A DNA stretch of 64,000 nucleotides from Podarcis filfolensis (Eukaryota), in assembly GCA_964270895.1 (NCBI GenBank), contig OZ185437.1; one strand, written 5' to 3'. This document shows, piece after piece, positions 60,676 through 64,000 of the stretch. A program made the position numbers and the translations under genes. Under the pieces are notes generated by a model. The model was not told the origin of the DNA. It made no database searches and saw nothing but the letters and a program-made list of their open reading frames with translations. The first letter of the stretch is position 1; every line of letters starts with the position of its first letter.

Positions 60676-61209
60676 TGCTAGAGTGATCAGACCTCTTAGA
60701 AGGCCCTCAAGATGCAGAACAAGCACCTGTGGCTATTTCACCTACAAAAGGGCAGCACGCAAGTCGCAGAGTGATTTCCCCAAATCACAGAAGCATCCAT
60801 TGTTGCTTCCTGGGACAGGGAGCTGGTTAGATTCCTGAACTAGATGACAAAGCACTCTTCTTCAACAGATACCCAAAGTCTAATGTGAAGTCCTAGGTCT
60901 GCTGCCTCAGCTTTATTAGTTTATTTATGACTCAGCTTTAAAGTCAAAGTCAAATCATTACCCACTGTTGGGTAAAGCATTTTATCATTTCTATATATTG
61001 CTGTTGAAACAAAACTTGCTGTTGAAGGAAGCACGCAACTGGTTCCCTCAAACATTTATCATGTGGCTTTAGAATTCTGAAGGATAGGCACACTGTATTC
61101 TTTTGCTTTCGACCCCAGCTAGAGTACAATTTCTGCACTTCAACATTTTGTCACGTCTCCACTTGGGTTCAGTGTCATGCTAAGCACACAATCACACACA
61201 GAAGCAAAC

Positions 61210-61443
61210 CTTCTGGTCAACAAGAACTTGTTCTGTCTGTAAGAGAGTTTCAAAATGGTCGACTTGGGATCTTATTGTCTCTTGCATTTCCTGGAAGCGC
61301 TTCTGTGTGGTATTCAAGAGCCTCAAGAGCTGCTTGCTCTGGTTTGGGGAAAGATCTTGGGCATGCTCAGAAATGAAGAACTGAATATCAAGTGCTGTGG
61401 ATTCCAACTGCATTTTTGTACATTCAAACTCTTTTTCCAAGTC
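61210..61443 (-). CDS. DST: DST exon ([10 protein letters not shown]...VLVDQK), 234 nt, phase 0-0
   Basis: tttgcag|GACTTG acceptor, AAG|GTTTGC donor; [27 protein letters not shown] matches DST. Confidence 0.95.
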
Positions 61444-62272
61444 CTGCAAATTAAGTAATAAAAATAGTATAAAAAACCCTGTAACAGCTTTTCCCAACCT
61501 GGTACTCTCAAGATGTTTTGGCATGCAGCTTCCATAAGCCTCAGTCAGCATGGTTATGGGCCAGTAGGAATTGTTACAAATAATCTAGAAGCCACCAGAT
61601 TGAGGAAGCCTGCCCTATCATTTGATAAAAGGTTAAGCTCACTCACTGATTTTTTTAAATCATTCAAATATCTGATATGGAATTCACTCTATCAGTTCAT
61701 AATCCAGTCTATTAAAGAATACTACTAGACGTTTAGGTTTGTTGAGCCTTCCTCAAATTCATTGACTCGCAACATCAGATCTACATAATTTTAAGTGTAA
61801 TGTTGGGGAGGAGAGGAGGAAAACCCATTGTGTCAGCAGAAGTTGTTGTTCAAGTTTTCTGCTGACACCACCATTTATTTTTGAATCATTGCACTGAAGA
61901 GAATTACACTGAGACTGTGTTTGCTATAGTCTTGGTCTGGACATATATGCAAAATATGTGACTGATAATGAGTTAAATCATAAACTTACTGACAGCATTT
62001 TCTGATGTTGAGCCTAGCACCAACCTCAAGGAAGAATTACTTTCTACTACTGAGATTTAGAACTTCTGTAACCATTCTGTTAAAACTATAGGAGTGTTAC
62101 TTGCACAAAACCTGACTGCCTATCCGAACTAACAATAATCACCCAAACTATCACTACTTTTGAACATGTAGGTTATCAGTAACTAGTACTGAATCAGAGT
62201 GGAGATCACCTACAAAACATCATATCTAGAAGTTAACAGTCACTGACAGATTAGGCACCAAGTGATACATGC

Positions 62273-62419
62273 CTTGAGTAACTGAAACCTTTGCTTCACA
62301 TCTTCTATATCACATGTATCCACTTTGAGATTATTCATTATTCCACTCTTCTCCTCAATCCAACCTGTAAACTCCTGAAGCTTGACTAGATGTTTCTGAT
62401 GAAGCACTGAAAGTTTAGC
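62273..62419 (-). CDS. DST: DST exon (AKLSVLHQKH...QRFQLLK), 147 nt, phase 0-0, GC donor
   Basis: ttcttttccag|GCTAAA acceptor; frame restored only with AAG|GCATGT donor; not in ORF track. Confidence 0.88.
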
Positions 62420-63452
62420 CTGGAAAAGAAGTTCAAATAAGATATTTATCCGACAACAGACCTAAACCAAACTAAAATGAAAACCAAACCAAAAGATTTC
62501 AGTTAGCTGACAGTGAAACAAAGCTACTGACATAATTGGAAAAATAAGGATACTTTTTCCACGATACATGTGGCATATTTTAGATCTACAAGAACACTTT
62601 GCTGACGATATCATTTGCATACGCAACGTCTATTTAATTCTGACACTTCAACAATGGGCAAAAGGGTTTATATCACTTATCTAATAAAAATTCTTTAGGA
62701 GAGAGCACATTCTTTCCAATCCCAAAACAAAAAAAATTTTTTCCTTCCAGTAGCACCTTAAAGACCAACTAAGTTAGTTCTTGGTATGAGCTTTCGTGTG
62801 CATGCACACTTCTTCAATCCCAGTTACCATTTCACAATAATGGAACTCCTTTTCTTTCAAAACTCACTAAATAATGAGACTAAGAAGAAGTTCATGTACA
62901 CTTGCTTATCAATTTAAGTTGGTATTTTTGTAACATGCTCTGAGACCATTTAGTGCAGGGTGGGTTATAAGTCTACTACTACCACCACCACCACAATCAA
63001 TGGATGTTACACAACTGAACATGAAAACATTAAAATGAATTGTTTGAGAAAGCTCTTGTATGCGGTGCTGATCTATGATCACTGAATCACACATGCACAT
63101 CATCATTTGATGTTCAAGTAATCAAAGGATACACAAGTTTTTGTATTCACTGTGATTCAGAAGGTATCTGCAATCCTACACACACTTTCCTACAAATAAG
63201 CCCCAATGAACACAGAGGCACGCACAGGATTGTGCTGCAAGTGATCATTCATTGTGAACAAACTTTTAGAGCATGGGTTCCAGCTAGCTAGTATCAGGCA
63301 ATAAATTTGTCACCACGTATGCAAAACCATTTTACAATACTTATTTGCATTTTACACTTGGTTTTGTTTAAAATGGTTGAACTAAATCTAAGTTTGGAGT
63401 TGGATAGGTTAAAAATCTATAGAAGTAAAATAGATGTGGGCTATGAACCTAC

Positions 63453-63668
63453 CATTTCAGAGTCTACTGCCAAGACTATTTGCTTTGCTCGATTTGAAGA
63501 CATTTCACAGACCCCAAAGAAATCCTTCTCCAAACATTCATAGCTTTCTTTTAGATCCACAAGCTGTGCTCTGGGAACATCCTTATGCTGAAATTTTAGA
63601 AACTCTTCTGCTAACTTCATATCTTTTCGCAGAGTAACAGCAAAGCCAGCAAGCCCTGATTCAAATGA
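63453..63668 (-). CDS. DST: DST exon (SFESGLAGFA...LAVDSEM), 216 nt, phase 0-0
   Basis: tttttttgtag|TCATTT acceptor, ATG|GTAGGT donor; LRKDMKLAEEFLK matches DST; not in ORF track. Confidence 0.93.
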
Positions 63669-63789
63669 CTACAAAAAAATAAATAAATACAGATGAGGTG
63701 CATTAAGGTCTTGCCTAAAATTAGTAGCACTGCGTGCAAGACAGAAAAAAAACCCGTTGCATTTTAGGGAGAAGTACCATTAGTCCTAG

Positions 63790-63955
63790 AGATGGCTGGG
63801 AGACCTGAAATCCCCACCCAGTTATGATGTCCATGGGCACTCAACAAGTCACTAGCCACCTCACAGGGCTGATGCAAGAATAAAATGGGGTCACCCCACC
63901 TAAAATTGCCCTGGGAAGCTTGGGAAATGGCCACACAAATGAGATAAATTAACCC
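63790..63955 (+). mobile_element. Degenerate squamate tRNA/L2-related SINE
   Basis: ctgggagacctgaaatccccacccag...aagtcactagccacctcacagggctgatgcaagaataaaatgggg. Confidence 0.55.
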
Positions 63956-64000
63956 TAGACTCCAAGATACACATCTCTTTATTTTGCTATCTCTCATTCC

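Larger units (their letters stand above)
25..63668 (-). other. DST: Dystonin (DST/BPAG1) gene body, spectrin-repeat rod region; 32 main-path coding exons, gene continues beyond both window ends
   Basis: Hand-spliced exons give 2623 codons with consistent intron phases. Peptides such as [36 protein letters not shown] and [28 protein letters not shown] match recalled human DST better than MACF1. Confidence 0.96.

Noticed and set aside
129-61458. Many plus-strand ORFs overlapping DST exons (e.g. 10088..10375, 11151..11498, 30316..30555, 54088..54339, 55265..55522, 56160..56477)
   Set aside because: Antisense shadows of coiled-coil coding sequence; Leu/Ser/Phe-rich with no recognisable domains or splice logic
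1-64000. CRISPR arrays, rRNA operons or prokaryote-type systems
   Set aside because: Eukaryotic intron-exon DNA; no repeat-spacer structure or rRNA gene seen

Overview
Vertebrate genomic DNA from a squamate, most likely a lacertid lizard (two Sauria-type SINEs with TSDs, plus CR1, L2 and MITE relics). The whole window lies inside one minus-strand gene, the spectraplakin dystonin (DST/BPAG1). I assembled 32 exons by hand (63668 down to 25; 7869 nt = 2623 codons). They form one uninterrupted frame encoding part of the spectrin-repeat rod; 30 of the 31 introns are GT-AG and one is GC-AG. The ORF track misses many of these exons. The main unexpected feature is in the 14.7-kb intron (15402-30131). 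It holds a ~1.3-kb KIAA0754-like coding exon (MGKPLSRPDCLR...) that ends in an in-frame splice donor to the next DST exon. Upstream of it are a CpG-enriched putative internal promoter and phase-compatible candidate exons. This predicts a short, possibly myristoylated and degron-controlled dystonin lacking the actin-binding and plakin domains. There are also unannotated symmetric cassette-exon candidates (4781-4906, 39765-39932) and an inverted SINE pair bracketing five exons. Comparisons with human DST, MACF1 and KIAA0754 are from memory of those proteins, not from a search. Repeat boundaries without TSD or TIR support are approximate.
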